Shown here: in pieces, positions 37,565 through 46,673 of the stretch
How positions within the stretch are numbered: the stretch's first letter is position 1
How the letters are laid out: the number at the start of each line of letters is the position of its first letter
IMG/VR virus record: IMGVR_UViG_3300025684_000010
DNA from: a virus
Reading direction: 5' to 3' (one strand)
DNA: 64,000 nt
Translations under genes and position numbers: made by a program
The notes under the pieces: model-generated
Told to the model about the DNA's origin: nothing
What the model saw: the letters and a program-made list of their open reading frames with translations, nothing else
Database searches by the model: none

Positions 37565-37978
37565 TTCGAAGCAGTAACTAATAATCCTGCCGCGCATGGA
37601 GTTGGAAGGTTTGATCCTAACGACCCTAATGTTGCTACAGGAATGACAGGTGCACCTGCTTGTGGAGATGTAATGAAACTCGATCTCAAATTAAATCCTG
37701 AGACCGAAGAAATCGTTGATGTTAAATTTAAAACTTATGGTTGCGGTTCAGCAATCGCAAGTTCATCAATGTTCGTTGAGATGTTGGTTGGTAAAACAAT
37801 AGAAGAAGCAAAACTAATAAAAGATAGCGAAATCGCAGAAGCTTTAGAATTACCGTCAATCAAAATACATTGTTCTGTTTTAGCGGAAGATAGTATTAAG
37901 AAAGCAATTGAAGATTGGGAAGAGAAAAAAGCAGGTCGTAATGAATCGTGGATTGAGCGTCATACTAAAAGGACATAA
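37535..37978 (+). CDS. iscU: Fe-S scaffold IscU
   Basis: MAYSKKVLD, GAPACGDVM, FKTYGCGSAIASSS, ELPSIKIHCSVLAED. Confidence 0.95.
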   Translation: MAYSKKVLDRFEAVTNNPAAHGVGRFDPNDPNVATGMTGAPACGDVMKLDLKLNPETEEIVDVKFKTYGCGSAIASSSMFVEMLVGKTIEEAKLIKDSEIAEALELPSIKIHCSVLAEDSIKKAIEDWEEKKAGRNESWIERHTKRT

Positions 37979-37980
37979 CA

Positions 37981-38481
37981 ATGTACGAGTATAGAACAAA
38001 TTTAATTAAAGTCGTTGATGGTGATACAGTAGATGTAGACATCGATCTAGGCTTTGGAATCTGGTTGAGAAATGAAAGAGTCCGTATTATGGGCATCGAT
38101 ACACCAGAATCAAGAACAAGCGATAAAGTAGAAAAACTATTCGGTAAAGCTGCAAGTCGTCGATTAAAAGAACTCCTTGGTAAATCACCAACATTGAGAA
38201 CTCAGGTTGCTCGAAACGGCGAAGATATGAAAGGTAAGTTCGGTCGTATCCTTGGAGACTTTGATGTATATTGCGCAGTCACTGATGCTTGGAGACCAGT
38301 TACTTCGGTAATGTCAGAAGAAGGTCATTGTGTACCTTACTACGGTGGATCCAAAGAAGATACTCAAGCCCAACACATGGCAAATCGAGTTAAACTTCTA
38401 GAGAACGGTTACGTAGATCAAAAGGCATATAATAAAGAAATTGCCAAACAAGAAAAAGATGCAGCTAAAAATAAATCGTAA
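37981..38481 (+). CDS. Thermonuclease (SNase-like)
   Basis: VVDGDTVDV, RVRIMGIDTPE, GKFGRILG. Confidence 0.88.
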   Translation: MYEYRTNLIKVVDGDTVDVDIDLGFGIWLRNERVRIMGIDTPESRTSDKVEKLFGKAASRRLKELLGKSPTLRTQVARNGEDMKGKFGRILGDFDVYCAVTDAWRPVTSVMSEEGHCVPYYGGSKEDTQAQHMANRVKLLENGYVDQKAYNKEIAKQEKDAAKNKS

Positions 38482-38487
38482 AAACTA

Positions 38488-38516
38488 TTGACATCTTTAC
38501 CAAAACTTGATATAAT
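38488..38516 (+). promoter_or_regulatory. sigma70 promoter
   Basis: TTGACA-17-TATAAT. Confidence 0.8.
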
Positions 38517-38522
38517 ATACAA

Positions 38523-38813
38523 ATGAATTACAATAAAAAGAATGGCGGAAGATCAGTTGATCTAACCCCACAAAAAAGACATCCTAAAGATAAAAGACCA
38601 CCATCAGCAATGCCGTTTGATATTGGTCTAAGAAAGTTCAGAAAGAACGTCGAATCTGCAGGAATTATAAAAGAACTGAGAGCAAGAGAATTTTACGAAA
38701 AGCCAACAAGCAAACGTAAAAGGAAAAAAGCTGAAGCTATTAAAAGGCACCAAAAGAAAATTGCGATGGAGTTTCAAACAACCAACGCAAGAGGCCAAAG
38801 AAATTACAGATAA
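38523..38813 (+). CDS. rpsU: Ribosomal protein bS21
   Basis: [44 protein letters not shown]. Confidence 0.9.
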   Translation: MNYNKKNGGRSVDLTPQKRHPKDKRPPSAMPFDIGLRKFRKNVESAGIIKELRAREFYEKPTSKRKRKKAEAIKRHQKKIAMEFQTTNARGQRNYR

Positions 38814-38826
38814 ACTTAAAAAACTA

Positions 38827-38855
38827 TTGACATTTGGAAAATAGTTTGTTATAAT
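38827..38855 (+). promoter_or_regulatory. sigma70 promoter for candidate ncRNA
   Basis: TTGACA-17-TATAAT; predicted +1 near 38861-38862. Confidence 0.85.
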
Positions 38856-38861
38856 TATATT

Positions 38862-39017
38862 TGAAACGGTGGGATAAACCACGACGGCGAGATGGAATCA
38901 CGGAGTTAATAGCTCTACCATTTAGGACCCATGACGGAGAACTGCCTTCGGGAGCAACACCTGAACTACCGACATACTGAGTAGGAACGGAACGCCAAAG
39001 AAGCAACCACTGTTTCA
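38862..39017 (+). ncRNA. Candidate structured ncRNA (~156 nt, GGA-rich)
   Basis: 11-bp closing stem TGAAACGGTGG/CCACTGTTTCA, internal helices, cUUCGg tetraloop, 8 GGA motifs, own promoter, 3' T-run, no credible ORF, GC-rich against AT-rich background. Confidence 0.75.
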
Positions 39018-39040
39018 CCCTTTTTGACGGAGTTTATATT

Positions 39041-39454
39041 ATGGCATTAGCAAGAGGTCTATCAACGATTTCCACTCGGAAACGTAAAGTTAAAATCACT
39101 AAAGCTAAAATGGCTCAATACGAGCTTAATCGGCGACTGCACAACAAAGCAATGAAACGTAGTGGTATGCATGATCTAAGGTACGACACTGTTGATGAAT
39201 ATATAAATTATTGTTTAGGTAAAGTAAAACCTAGCAAAGAGTTTAAACCATTTGTACCAACCGATACATTTCGTAGAGAAGTACCAGAATATCCTTCTTG
39301 TCATTCTACAGGTGGCGGTGGTCATGGAACTAAAAAGGAATCGCCCAAATACACGGGTACACTCGTAAAAGGTATTGCTACGATGCATAAATCAAATGCA
39401 GTTCCAATTATGAATCAAAAAGAAGCAACAGAAATAAGTGAGATGGCAAGATGA
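39041..39454 (+). CDS. Conserved hypothetical basic protein
   Basis: KESPKYTGTLVKGIATMHKSNAVPI. Confidence 0.7.
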   Translation: MALARGLSTISTRKRKVKITKAKMAQYELNRRLHNKAMKRSGMHDLRYDTVDEYINYCLGKVKPSKEFKPFVPTDTFRREVPEYPSCHSTGGGGHGTKKESPKYTGTLVKGIATMHKSNAVPIMNQKEATEISEMAR

Positions 39455-39651
39455 TGTATGTTGACTATAAATTTGAAATAACTCCACAGGGTTTAGTTAT
39501 GCTCGATAAACCAGACCCTGATGAGAAGTATATGATTCAACTAAAGAACACTCCATTTGAAGTTGGAGATAAATTCACGTTGGAAACAACAGAAGACGGT
39601 CGTATGTTTTTTAAGAAAGACGGACCAGCACAATTGAACCTGGAAATATAA
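39451..39651 (+). CDS. Hypothetical protein
   Basis: ATGA-coupled ORF. Confidence 0.55.
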   Translation: MMYVDYKFEITPQGLVMLDKPDPDEKYMIQLKNTPFEVGDKFTLETTEDGRMFFKKDGPAQLNLEI

Positions 39652-39893
39652 TGGCAACAAAGAACGACATAACTGGTGATTCTCTCAGAAGCAAAGCATC
39701 TACTAAATCGTATGATGATGGCTGGGATCGAATCTTTGGTAAAAAGGATGACGCTGATTTAGGTCTTGAAGGAGATACTCGAATGACTAGTAAAGAACGG
39801 CACGAAGCTGAATTTAATACCGTACATCCTGCGGAAACAAGGTATCCTCATTTGAAGGATAGTAACTTCAAGTACAAAAAGGAGGGTGAGTGA
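39651..39893 (+). CDS. Hypothetical protein
   Basis: MATKNDITGDSL..YDDGWDRIFG. Confidence 0.6.
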   Translation: MATKNDITGDSLRSKASTKSYDDGWDRIFGKKDDADLGLEGDTRMTSKERHEAEFNTVHPAETRYPHLKDSNFKYKKEGE

Positions 39894-40111
39894 TGAAAGA
39901 AATCACTGACGAAGAACATGAACTGTTCACCAAGCTGAAAAAGATTTGGTTTCATACTCAGCCGGATAAGACAGGCTCATTCTTTATATGTGGTGAAGCT
40001 GGTAACAGTGATGAGCATGGATTACCGGAGTTTATTTTAGTATGCCCGCAAATGGGCACAAACACCACAGCAGTGTATAAACGAGATCTTGTTGGGAGAA
40101 GTGGACAGTGA
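39890..40111 (+). CDS. Hypothetical protein
   Basis: SD GGAGG; FFICGE..GLPEFILVCP. Confidence 0.6.
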   Translation: MMKEITDEEHELFTKLKKIWFHTQPDKTGSFFICGEAGNSDEHGLPEFILVCPQMGTNTTAVYKRDLVGRSGQ

Positions 40112-40181
40112 AGAAACGATTGGTAGTTTGGTATGCTGTGGTGAAGATCTCACAAATAGCTGAAAAAAGTGAAAATAACCA

Positions 40182-40210
40182 TTGACATTCTTTATGATAC
40201 TGTATATAAT
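40182..40210 (+). promoter_or_regulatory. sigma70 early promoter (TTCTTTATGA class)
   Basis: TTGACA-TTCTTTATGATACTGTA-TATAAT. Confidence 0.85.
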
Positions 40211-40240
40211 GGTTGTATAAATTGAATAAAGGAATATATT

Positions 40241-40474
40241 ATGAGTACTGAATTGAGAAATGTTCCAAACACTGATTTGTCCCAAACACGATTTTACGGC
40301 GGTTCAAAGCGTGGAACGTGTGTACAGGTTACTAGCAGTGATGGCAAGCAATTCCTTCAATTAACTCGTGAACAGGCTGATCAGCTTTCTCGAGAATTAG
40401 CGTTGTTTGCTAATGCAGAAGAAGTTGTTTATGAAGCTGATGGTGAAGCTATCTGCGAGGCACTTTGTTCATGA
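40241..40474 (+). CDS. Hypothetical protein
   Basis: SD AAGGA; TRFYGGSKRGTCVQVT. Confidence 0.6.
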   Translation: MSTELRNVPNTDLSQTRFYGGSKRGTCVQVTSSDGKQFLQLTREQADQLSRELALFANAEEVVYEADGEAICEALCS

Positions 40475-41748
40475 ATATGGAACCATGGAAAATAATACAG
40501 TTACTTGAGAGAGATAACAGTCGACTATATAAAGAAGATATGTTGTCTCAATATATTGATGATGAAGGTCTAGTCAAAGGTTTATTATATTGTCTTAATA
40601 ATATGATTACCTTTGGTGTGGCTGATGTACCAACAAGTCAAAACGACGGTCCTGGTCTATTACCTGAGGATTTCTATATTCTCGCAGATCAATTAAAGAA
40701 TCGTGAATTAACAGGCCATGCTGCTCGAGACGCAATCGTAGTCGCAAGAGAAGCAGCAACATCAGAACAATGGAATGATTGGTACCGTAGAATCTTAATT
40801 AAAGACCTTAGATGCGGTGTATCTCTCAAGACAGTTAATAACGTTAAGAAAGGAACCATCCCTGTATTCACTTGTATGCTTGCCCACAGTGGTGACAACA
40901 ATCCTAAAAAGATTACAGGAGACTGCGTTGTAGAATATAAGTATGATGGTGTAAGAGCAATCATAATCGTTCAAAACGGTAATGCAGTCATCTATTCTAG
41001 AAATGGTAAACTACTTACCAACTTCCCACATATCGAAAAAGCGTTTAGTAAAAAGATCTTTGATGACTTAGTCTTTGATGGTGAAGTTATGTCGAAAGAT
41101 TTCCAATCATTAATGAAACAAGTTCATCGTAAAGAAGGAGCTCAGACTGAAGATGCATACTTTGCATTGTTTGACTTTTTACCTATTGACGAATTCCAAA
41201 CAGGTAGTGGTACATTACCTCTAATCAACAGAAAAGAATTATTAAAAGGATTTCAAAGTTCTGAGTACTTTGATGATTGTGTTGTTGTTACGAAATACGA
41301 TGTTCTTAATATCGAAGATGATGCTGATAAGTTCAAAGGAATTAATAATACAGCAATAGAAGAAGGTTATGAAGGTATCATGGTCAAACCTATCAACGGT
41401 CTTTATGAATGTAAACGATCTTACGGTTGGCTAAAAATGAAACCTTACATTGAAGTTACATTAAAGGTTATTGACATTGAAGAAGGAACAGGTAAAAATG
41501 AAGGAAGCACAGGAGCACTTGTATGCGAAGGCACCGACGAAGGTAAACATATCAAAGTTAATGTTGGGACAGGTCTTAGCGATGCTAACCGGGATGATAT
41601 TTGGAATAGTGTTGACACTGTCATTGGTCAGTTAGTTGAAATAAGAGCTGATGCAATTACTATCAGTCAAGACTCAGATGAACTGTACAGTTTAAGATTC
41701 CCACGATTTAAATGTTTTAGAGGTTTTGAACCAGGAGAGAAACTATGA
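40465..41748 (+). CDS. 30: ATP-dependent DNA ligase (gp30-like)
   Basis: EYKYDGVRA, SRNGK, FDGEV, EGYEGIMVK, WLKMKP, SLRFPRF. Confidence 0.95.
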   Translation: MFMNMEPWKIIQLLERDNSRLYKEDMLSQYIDDEGLVKGLLYCLNNMITFGVADVPTSQNDGPGLLPEDFYILADQLKNRELTGHAARDAIVVAREAATSEQWNDWYRRILIKDLRCGVSLKTVNNVKKGTIPVFTCMLAHSGDNNPKKITGDCVVEYKYDGVRAIIIVQNGNAVIYSRNGKLLTNFPHIEKAFSKKIFDDLVFDGEVMSKDFQSLMKQVHRKEGAQTEDAYFALFDFLPIDEFQTGSGTLPLINRKELLKGFQSSEYFDDCVVVTKYDVLNIEDDADKFKGINNTAIEEGYEGIMVKPINGLYECKRSYGWLKMKPYIEVTLKVIDIEEGTGKNEGSTGALVCEGTDEGKHIKVNVGTGLSDANRDDIWNSVDTVIGQLVEIRADAITISQDSDELYSLRFPRFKCFRGFEPGEKL

Positions 41749-42023
41749 CACAATATACTAAAATGGTTGAAGATTTTGCCATAATGGAAGAGGCTCTTGA
41801 ATGGTCTCGTGGTGTTGGTTGCATCCATTCACATTCTATGGATTCTATGTACTACGATGATCGTCCTGACGATACTGCTAATATGACTAAGAGTGTAACT
41901 GACATTGAATACAATGCTGGTTATATCGAACGTTTTCAGAATGGTAAACTTATTCATACGTTCGGAAAGAAAATGTCCGACGAAGAATTGCTTAATGCAT
42001 ATTGTGTTACGAGACAAGCATGA
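41745..42023 (+). CDS. Hypothetical protein
   Basis: ATGA-coupled ORF. Confidence 0.55.
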   Translation: MTQYTKMVEDFAIMEEALEWSRGVGCIHSHSMDSMYYDDRPDDTANMTKSVTDIEYNAGYIERFQNGKLIHTFGKKMSDEELLNAYCVTRQA

Positions 42024-42571
42024 GAACCTTTAATAAAATTGGGTTTTTAGCTCTAGCGTTAATGGTCGGAATGATTTTTGGTACGGCAAAGGTTCAAGGT
42101 ACTGCGATTGATTATGATATGCATGGAGATTCATTTCAAATGACTCGTGATACATATTGTATGGCATTAAACATTTACCACGAAAGTAGATCTGAGAATC
42201 TTGCTGGTAAATTTGCAGTTGCTGATGTAGTATTAAATCGTGTTAATGATCGTAGATACCCTGATGAGATATGTGGTGTAATCTACCAAGCAGAACTCAA
42301 ACCTTCTTGGAAGGATCCTACTATAGAGGTACCTGTAAGGAATCGTTGTCAGTTCAGTTGGTACTGTGATGGCAAGTCAGATGAACCTACAGAAATAGAT
42401 GCATGGAACGAATCTGTTTTAGTTGCACACCAAGCAATATACGAAGGTCGTATGAATGGATTAACGGAAGGTGCAACTCATTACCATACAGTTTACATTG
42501 AACCTTATTGGGCAAGTTCTTTAGATTTAATTGGACATGTAGGTTCTCATATCTTTTACCGAGAAAACTAA
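42020..42571 (+). CDS. SleB-type cell wall hydrolase
   Basis: CMALNIYHESR, VVLNRV..RYPD.ICGVIYQ, CQFSWYCDG, GATHYH, IGHVGSHIFY. Confidence 0.9.
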   Translation: MRTFNKIGFLALALMVGMIFGTAKVQGTAIDYDMHGDSFQMTRDTYCMALNIYHESRSENLAGKFAVADVVLNRVNDRRYPDEICGVIYQAELKPSWKDPTIEVPVRNRCQFSWYCDGKSDEPTEIDAWNESVLVAHQAIYEGRMNGLTEGATHYHTVYIEPYWASSLDLIGHVGSHIFYREN

Positions 42572-42606
42572 TAAATAATTCTATAATTTAAATTATGGAG
42601 TTAGGT

Positions 42607-43176
42607 ATGAGAGTCGCTGGTGTTGACTACAGTTTAAGTAGTCCAGCAATTTGTGTTCATGAAGGTGAAGAATGGAGTTACGATAACTGTACTTTTTATT
42701 ATTATGTAAAGCAAAAGAAATTGCTAATTGGAGAGAAAGGACAGTATCAAGCAACAATGTATCCTGACAATTGGTTTAACGATCAAGAACGATATGATAT
42801 CATTGGATCTTGGTCTCAGGAAAAATGTTTTGAATGTGACTTTGTTGGAATTGAAGGATACGCATTTGGAGCAGTCGGTAGAGTATTTCAGATAGCAGAG
42901 AACTGTGGTTTATTTAAACATAAACTATGGGAACGAAGAATACCTTACGATGTATATCCACCAACAATGATTAAAAAGTTTGGTTGCGGAAAAGGTAATG
43001 CTGGTAAAGATTTAATGATTGAAGCCTTTGAGAAAGAAACTTCTATTGACATTCGCGAAAAATGTGGTATAATAAACAAATCGTGGAATCCTATTACTGA
43101 TATTGTAGATGCCTACTATATTTGTAAATACGGTTTTACTCAACTTACAGAGAAGAAAGATGATAGTAATATTTAA
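42607..43176 (+). CDS. RuvC-like (RNase H fold) nuclease/resolvase
   Basis: VAGVDYSLSSPA, GIEGYAFG, PTMIKKFG.GKGNA.K, DIVDAYYI. Confidence 0.7.
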   Translation: MRVAGVDYSLSSPAICVHEGEEWSYDNCTFYYYVKQKKLLIGEKGQYQATMYPDNWFNDQERYDIIGSWSQEKCFECDFVGIEGYAFGAVGRVFQIAENCGLFKHKLWERRIPYDVYPPTMIKKFGCGKGNAGKDLMIEAFEKETSIDIREKCGIINKSWNPITDIVDAYYICKYGFTQLTEKKDDSNI

Positions 43177-43786
43177 CGGACCACCAGCTTCAGGTAAGGA
43201 TGAAGCAGCAAGTTTATATAAAGAAAAGTACGGATTTGGTAATCTGTCTTTCAAGTATCAATTATTTAAAGAAACGATTAAGCACTTTGATGTTGATGAA
43301 AGATGGTTCATGGAAGGCTATAACGATAGGACTCAAAAAGAAAAGTCAGAGTTTGCCTTACAAGGTATGTCAAGACGTGAAGCAATGATTCATGTATCAG
43401 AAGATATTATTAAGCCAAAGAAAGGTTTAGATTATTTTGGTAAATCAGTTGCTGAAGAAATCTTTGAAGATAAAAACTATGCGTTAGCAGATGGTGGATT
43501 TGTTGAAGAACTTGAACCTATTATTGAAAAGGTTGGAGCAGAGAATATTGTCATCGTTCAATTAACAAGAGAAGGTTGTGATTATTCTTCTGATAGTAGA
43601 AAATATTTTAATGGTCGACTAATTAACGAATGGACAGTCGGATCCAAAACAGCAATAGACAAAGCGTACGTTCTCAAAGAAGAGATGGATATTAAAACGT
43701 ATCGCGTACATAATAATGGTTCACTGCATAACTTACACGATGCGTTAGACCAAATACATAATGAAATTAATGGAGAACTAAAATGA
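43160..43786 (+). CDS. Deoxynucleoside monophosphate kinase-like
   Basis: IFNGPPASGKD, SFKYQL, ADGGFVEE, RVHNNG. Confidence 0.7.
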   Translation: MIVIFNGPPASGKDEAASLYKEKYGFGNLSFKYQLFKETIKHFDVDERWFMEGYNDRTQKEKSEFALQGMSRREAMIHVSEDIIKPKKGLDYFGKSVAEEIFEDKNYALADGGFVEELEPIIEKVGAENIVIVQLTREGCDYSSDSRKYFNGRLINEWTVGSKTAIDKAYVLKEEMDIKTYRVHNNGSLHNLHDALDQIHNEINGELK

Positions 43787-44751
43787 GTTGCATTTATAAA
43801 GGTGTAGTGATTGATTCAGAACTCTCTGCCAATTCAAAAGGCGGAAGTGAAATGATGAGACAACGATTGATTGATAACATGGATGCGGAAGTACTTGAAA
43901 AGGTTGCTATCCATTTATCGAGACCAAGAGAATTATATGATGATGTACCAAATATCTTTTGGTGTCATGATCTATCGGAAGATCCAGAAAATCAAGTTTT
44001 AAAAGATGAAGGTTGGCAGAAGTTTGCTCACTTTGTTTTTGTCACTTCATGGCAAAGAGATCAGTACATTATGCGATATGGTATTCCTTATGGTAGATGT
44101 TCTGTTATTCATAATGCTGTTGAAGTAAAGTATGACCCACAGGAAAAAGATATGGAAACAATTCGTTTCGTATATCATACAACTCCGCATCGTGGATTAG
44201 AACTACTTGTACCAATCTTTGCTTCATTGGCAAAAGAGTTTGATAATATTCATCTTGATGTCTATTCAGGATTTGAAATTTATGGATGGAAAAATCGAGA
44301 CGAAGCATATAAGCCATTATATGAACAGATTGAAGCGCATCCTAATATGACTTATCATGGAGTTAAATCAAATGATGAAGTATTAGCAGCATTAAAGAAA
44401 TCTCATATTTTCCTATATCCTAATATATGGAAAGAGACATCTTGTATTGCATTACTTGAAGCAATTAAATCTCAAATGATTTGTATTCATCCAAACTATG
44501 GAGCATTGCCTGAGACTGGTGCTAATGCAACCATTATGTATGATTGGAATGAAGATATGAATCATCACGCAAATTATGCGTATTCAGTAGCAAAACAAAT
44601 TCTAATTGCGATGAAGAACGATCCTAATTACTTTAATGGATTTACCTTCTCTGATAGATTTAATTTGGCAAGAAATAATATACAATCATTTACCACAATG
44701 TGGAACACTTTATTAAGGAATATTGGAGATGTCTACCAACTCGAAGGGTAA
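43783..44751 (+). CDS. GT-B (GT4-like) glycosyltransferase
   Basis: KGGSE, WCHD, TTPHRGLELL, FLYP..WKETSCIALLEA, YGALPET. Confidence 0.85.
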   Translation: MSCIYKGVVIDSELSANSKGGSEMMRQRLIDNMDAEVLEKVAIHLSRPRELYDDVPNIFWCHDLSEDPENQVLKDEGWQKFAHFVFVTSWQRDQYIMRYGIPYGRCSVIHNAVEVKYDPQEKDMETIRFVYHTTPHRGLELLVPIFASLAKEFDNIHLDVYSGFEIYGWKNRDEAYKPLYEQIEAHPNMTYHGVKSNDEVLAALKKSHIFLYPNIWKETSCIALLEAIKSQMICIHPNYGALPETGANATIMYDWNEDMNHHANYAYSVAKQILIAMKNDPNYFNGFTFSDRFNLARNNIQSFTTMWNTLLRNIGDVYQLEG

Positions 44752-45112
44752 ATTAATACCATTTCCAAAGATACATTCTAATCCTCCAATTGATGAGGTA
44801 AGTGTTGGCGAAAGGATTCGTGAATATAAGGAATCTTATTCAAGCGAACTTGCAGAAATTATTTGGGAAAACGTACTAGGTGAGATGGCAAGAGCAGGAT
44901 GTGATTTTGAAGATAACATGGAATTATACTTTCCATCTATGATACTTATCTTTGAATCTATTCGTTCTTTACATCTACAAACAATGAACGAAGAACATCA
45001 GTTACAAGCATATGCTGCAAATAATGTTATCGTGGATGCAGATGAAAATGCTATATCTGGTGGATTAAAAAAGAATTTAGAAGAAACCATTGACATTGAT
45101 GAAGATGTTTGA
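44729..45112 (+). CDS. Hypothetical protein
   Basis: KLIPFP motif; ORF in operon. Confidence 0.6.
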   Translation: MSTNSKGKLIPFPKIHSNPPIDEVSVGERIREYKESYSSELAEIIWENVLGEMARAGCDFEDNMELYFPSMILIFESIRSLHLQTMNEEHQLQAYAANNVIVDADENAISGGLKKNLEETIDIDEDV

Positions 45113-45118
45113 TATAAT
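45090..45118 (+). promoter_or_regulatory. sigma70 promoter embedded in the 3' end of a CDS
   Basis: TTGACA-17-TATAAT overlapping codons ETIDIDEDV*. Confidence 0.75.
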
Positions 45119-45149
45119 ATAATCTGTAAATTTAAATAATGGATAAATT

Positions 45150-46007
45150 ATGATATTAGTTGACTATAACCAAGTTATGCTCGCGAGTCTTTTCGCAGGT
45201 ATTGGTAATCACACAAACATGGAAGTTGATGAAAATCTTCTTCGTCACATGTTTCTCAATTCAATCAGATTCAATCGCAAAAAGTTTTCGAGAGAATACG
45301 GTGAGATTGTGATCTGCGCTGATAACACAAACGTATGGAGAAAGGATTACTATCCATACTATAAAGCAAATCGTAAAAAGAACAGAGATGATTCTGATCT
45401 TGATTGGAATGCGCTGTTTGATGTTATTCATCAGATCCGTAGAGAAATTGAAGAGTTCTTTCCTTACAAGGTAGTATATGTTGACCGCTGTGAAGCTGAC
45501 GATATTATCGCAACACTCTGTATGGAACATGGTACTGAATTAAATAATGGTTCTGAAAAGATTCTGATTCTATCTGGTGACAAGGACTTTATTCAATTAC
45601 AAAAATTCGCAAACGTTGACCAATACAATCCCGTCCTTAAGAAATGGGTGAGACATGCGAATCCTCAGCAATATATAACAGAACACGTTCTTCGCGGTGA
45701 TACTGGTGACGGTGTACCAAACATATTAAGTCCTGATAATTGTCTTGCTATTGGTGAAAGACAAAAGCCAATGACTAAGAAGCGTATTGAGTTGTTTAGC
45801 AAAGATCCAGACGCAATGGATGAAGAAACAAAATTAAGGTTTAATCGTAATAAACAAATGATTGATCTTACAATGATACCTCAGGAGTTTGTTGATAATA
45901 TTCTTGAGGCTTATAATAACCAAGAAGAGGTGGGAAGGTCTCACTTATTCAATTACTTCGTCAAACAAAAGTTGAAAAACTTGATTGGCGATTTACAGGA
46001 TTTTTAA
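45150..46007 (+). CDS. rnh: T4-type RNase H / 5'-3' exonuclease
   Basis: MILVDY, WRKDYYPYYKANRK, EADDIIA, SGDKDFIQL, GDTGDGVPNILS. Confidence 0.94.
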   Translation: MILVDYNQVMLASLFAGIGNHTNMEVDENLLRHMFLNSIRFNRKKFSREYGEIVICADNTNVWRKDYYPYYKANRKKNRDDSDLDWNALFDVIHQIRREIEEFFPYKVVYVDRCEADDIIATLCMEHGTELNNGSEKILILSGDKDFIQLQKFANVDQYNPVLKKWVRHANPQQYITEHVLRGDTGDGVPNILSPDNCLAIGERQKPMTKKRIELFSKDPDAMDEETKLRFNRNKQMIDLTMIPQEFVDNILEAYNNQEEVGRSHLFNYFVKQKLKNLIGDLQDF

Positions 46008-46008
46008 T

Positions 46009-46446
46009 ATGTTAAGAATATCAATAGCAGATATCATCAATGGTGCTGCAAAAGAAAAAAGTGTAAAAGGAAAAGTCGAGCACTTACAAAAACACGACAC
46101 CGTTCCATTAAGACAGGTTCTTCGTTTGATTTATGATGAAGATATCGAGTTCTTACTACCAGATACTCCACCTCCGTTTAAAGAGAACGAACTCGTTGAC
46201 CTTGATACTATGTTATATAGAGAAGCAAGACGTTTACGAATATTCTTTAAAGGTGGCGGATACGACAACCTCAATAAGAATAGAAGAGAAGCATTGTTTA
46301 TTCAGTTGCTTGAAGATTTGAATCCATCTGATTCAAGAATGCTTGCAGAGAATATGATTAGTCATACTCCTATTAAAGGAATAACTAAGAAAACATTAGA
46401 AGCAGCTTTTCCAACACTATTCACTGATCCACTCAACTTTAGATAA
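46009..46446 (+). CDS. Conserved T4-like hypothetical protein
   Basis: FLLPDTPPPF, LYREARRL, RREALFIQLLEDL. Confidence 0.7.
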   Translation: MLRISIADIINGAAKEKSVKGKVEHLQKHDTVPLRQVLRLIYDEDIEFLLPDTPPPFKENELVDLDTMLYREARRLRIFFKGGGYDNLNKNRREALFIQLLEDLNPSDSRMLAENMISHTPIKGITKKTLEAAFPTLFTDPLNFR

Positions 46447-46460
46447 TAAGGAAAATTGCT

Positions 46461-46607
46461 ATGCCTCGGCAGCGCAAATCAACCATTCATTCTGATGATT
46501 GGTATGAACCGAAGATACAAGATCGGAAACAAAAGAAAAAGAAAAATCAGGCAAGAAAAGACCTTCAAAAGCAGAAATTTTCTGATAAAAGAGCTTTTCT
46601 TTCATAA
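46461..46607 (+). CDS. 48-aa basic protein (not in ORF track)
   Basis: SD AAGGA; MPRQRKSTIHSDDWYEPKIQDRKQKKKKNQARKDLQKQKFSDKRAFLS. Confidence 0.5.
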   Translation: MPRQRKSTIHSDDWYEPKIQDRKQKKKKNQARKDLQKQKFSDKRAFLS

Positions 46608-46612
46608 AACTA

Positions 46613-46641
46613 TTGACAAGATCCTATAACTGTGTTATAAT
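46613..46641 (+). promoter_or_regulatory. sigma70 promoter
   Basis: TTGACA-17-TATAAT. Confidence 0.85.
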
Positions 46642-46673
46642 ATCTATATAAATTAATAATGAACAGGAATAAT

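Noticed and set aside
38824-39018. 64-aa minus-strand ORF over the candidate ncRNA
   Set aside because: No SD, opposes a perfect + strand promoter, and its composition is unlike phage proteins; structure signals are on the + strand
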